From the NCBI GenBank assembly GCA_965655095.1, contig OZ296650.1, positions 35,154,001 through 35,218,000 on the forward strand: 64,000 bases of DNA, in the 5' to 3' direction. Positions 62,201 through 64,000 of the stretch are shown here, one piece after another; within the stretch, counting starts at the first letter, position 1, and each line of letters opens with the position of its first letter. This DNA comes from Haplodiscus bocki (lineage: Eukaryota). Both the position numbers and the translations under genes were made by a program. The notes under the pieces are model-generated. The model was not told where the DNA came from, made no database searches, and saw only the letters and a list, made by a program, of their open reading frames with translations.

Positions 62201-64000
62201 GTAGAGACCTGAGAAAGCTGCCCAACTTTTTTCAGGAAAACTGATGACATTTGTAATGGTAGTGAAAGTATAATGCAAGGGAAACAATTTCTGCCATCTT
62301 TAGAAAAATTTGCCGAAAAAATGGAATTCACAACTTATAACTTTGGCTGCCGTTGCTTCACCAGTTCCACGTTAAGGGCTCTTTCTCTCATGCCACCCAT
62401 TATCAATCCCGCCAGTGATGATTAAGAAGACGTTTAAGTTACCATCGAATTTCTGTCCAATAATGTAGCTTTGATACTACCACGAAGGTAAAGATCTACT
62501 TAACAACATGTTTCTTGAGCGGGTTTTCTTGCTATGTGAGTTCTTCCGACGACTAATTTTCGAGACATGATCAAGGTTATTCAATTTTGGAAATGTCTTC
62601 TGAAGTTTTGCTCCTGAATTTCACTGCTATCTTTTATGGATGGTGATTCTGTATTTGACATAAAAATTTATTTGAAAAAGTTGGGTTGATCTACAAGTCG
62701 TTCGAAATGATTTGTTAATCACCTGCTGTGAAGATTGTTGAATGTCTGAACATTCCCAATTAATTTTTCACCCACAGGAATTTTTGAAGCTTTTTAATAT
62801 TGAAATTGTTGTAAAGAGTCAGTTGCACTGTTTCATATTTAATCAGCGTGATAGCGATTTCAATTTTTTGGAGTTAAATTTTGAACATCTCAGCAATTTT
62901 TCCCTAAACTTCAGCCAGTTGTTGTTTTCATTGTTGTCGTGGTCCTTCTGAGAGCATTGCGCGCTCTTCGTAAGTTTTCATTTCTACCTTAGATTGAGAT
63001 CAATTGCTCACAAACGTTTTAGCTCCATGCTGATGTTTTATATCATTAAATTTTTCGATAACTCTGTATGTACTTCAAGTTGATAATTTATAGAAGCTTC
63101 AAGTTTTCTTGACTTTTCACCGTTTGTTGAACTTGGAATGTCTTGCCATTTTGTGTGGAGACAGTCCGTCTGAAGTGAGCCCAAAAAAATTTGTTATCGT
63201 GACAAAATGAAAAGGGCATCACAGGAGCCGAAAAAAAGCGACAAAAATTAGACGGCACAACACACAAAAACACAGAAAGAACAGCCAAAAAGAGGCGCAC
63301 GCGCAACAGAAGAAAAGCATCACCAAAGAAGCACACTTACAAAAAAGGAAAAGAAATCCGTAGCCAGACGCGTAGAAAGCATCAAATATCGAAACAAACA
63401 AAACGCACTGGCAAAAAATAGAAATGAAAAAAACCATAAGGAAAATGTTGTTCCAACTCCACAGCCATTGCCAGGGAACTAGGTGAGAAAGAACAAAACG
63501 GTTGAACGCCACTAAGAAGAGACAAGCAGAACTCTGCAAATACCCAGGGCAGAACTGCAGCAAACACCCAATGCATTCTAGAAAGGTGGCTGGCGAACTT
63601 ATGTACCATTGTAATTATTTCAAAAGTTCCCAGATCACAACAAAGATGAAAGTTTTTCCTGAACTAATTTATACAATGCAACCTAAATCACTATTAAGAT
63701 TTAAGTGCAGTAGAAATGTTAAATGGCAACTCCTATGTGAAATTACTCAATTGACAGTCAATGCCGATCAAAATTGCAAGCTGGAGCTAACCAAAGAAAT
63801 CATTAATAATTTATCAGAAGAATTCAGAAGAAAATTTCGATCAACCTCAGAAAGTATTGGGTAATAATCGCAAGTTAAGACAGTAAGTCATTTTTTTAAA
63901 AAAAGATCCCACAACTCAGCAAGTCTTTCTAATGGCAAAACAATAATTGAAAAAAAACGTTACATTGCTTTGTAATTGAACAACACGATGTAGACTAACA
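59250..64000. repeat. Old diverged tandem duplication (~2.35-2.55-kb unit; second copy runs off the window)
   Basis: Colinear shared blocks: GCTTGCCCAAACCAGTACAAT (59631/62176), GCCAGTGATGATTAAGA (~59867/62411) and TCAGAAAGTATTGGGTAATAATCGCAAGTTAAG (61501/63847). Confidence 0.9.

Overview
AT-rich eukaryotic (animal-type) DNA made almost entirely of nested transposable elements. The element types fit an aquatic invertebrate, but the taxon cannot be fixed from this sequence. From left to right: a 200-N scaffold gap; a near-identical 1.9-kb tandem duplication; a MITE-like inverted-repeat element; a decayed Polinton/Maverick (protein-primed PolB relic plus small divergent ORFs); several CR1/L2-group LINEs, one nested inside another; one host coding exon from a CDK1/2-like kinase; a full-length GalEa-type Ty1/Copia element 71 nt into the following intron; a 12.9-kb Ty3/Gypsy element; and an old ~2.4-2.5-kb tandem duplication. 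The Gypsy element is the strongest candidate for an undescribed system. It has LTRs, a CATGC target-site duplication, a canonical -1 gag-pol slippery site, a TARG1/OARD1-like macrodomain fused to the integrase C-terminus, and a class I fusion-type env. It also carries a 3.2-kb block of small accessory ORFs, two of which look like paralogues sharing LQWxPP/CxxC motifs, so it is organised like a complex retrovirus. All family calls come from manual motif recognition, not database searches.
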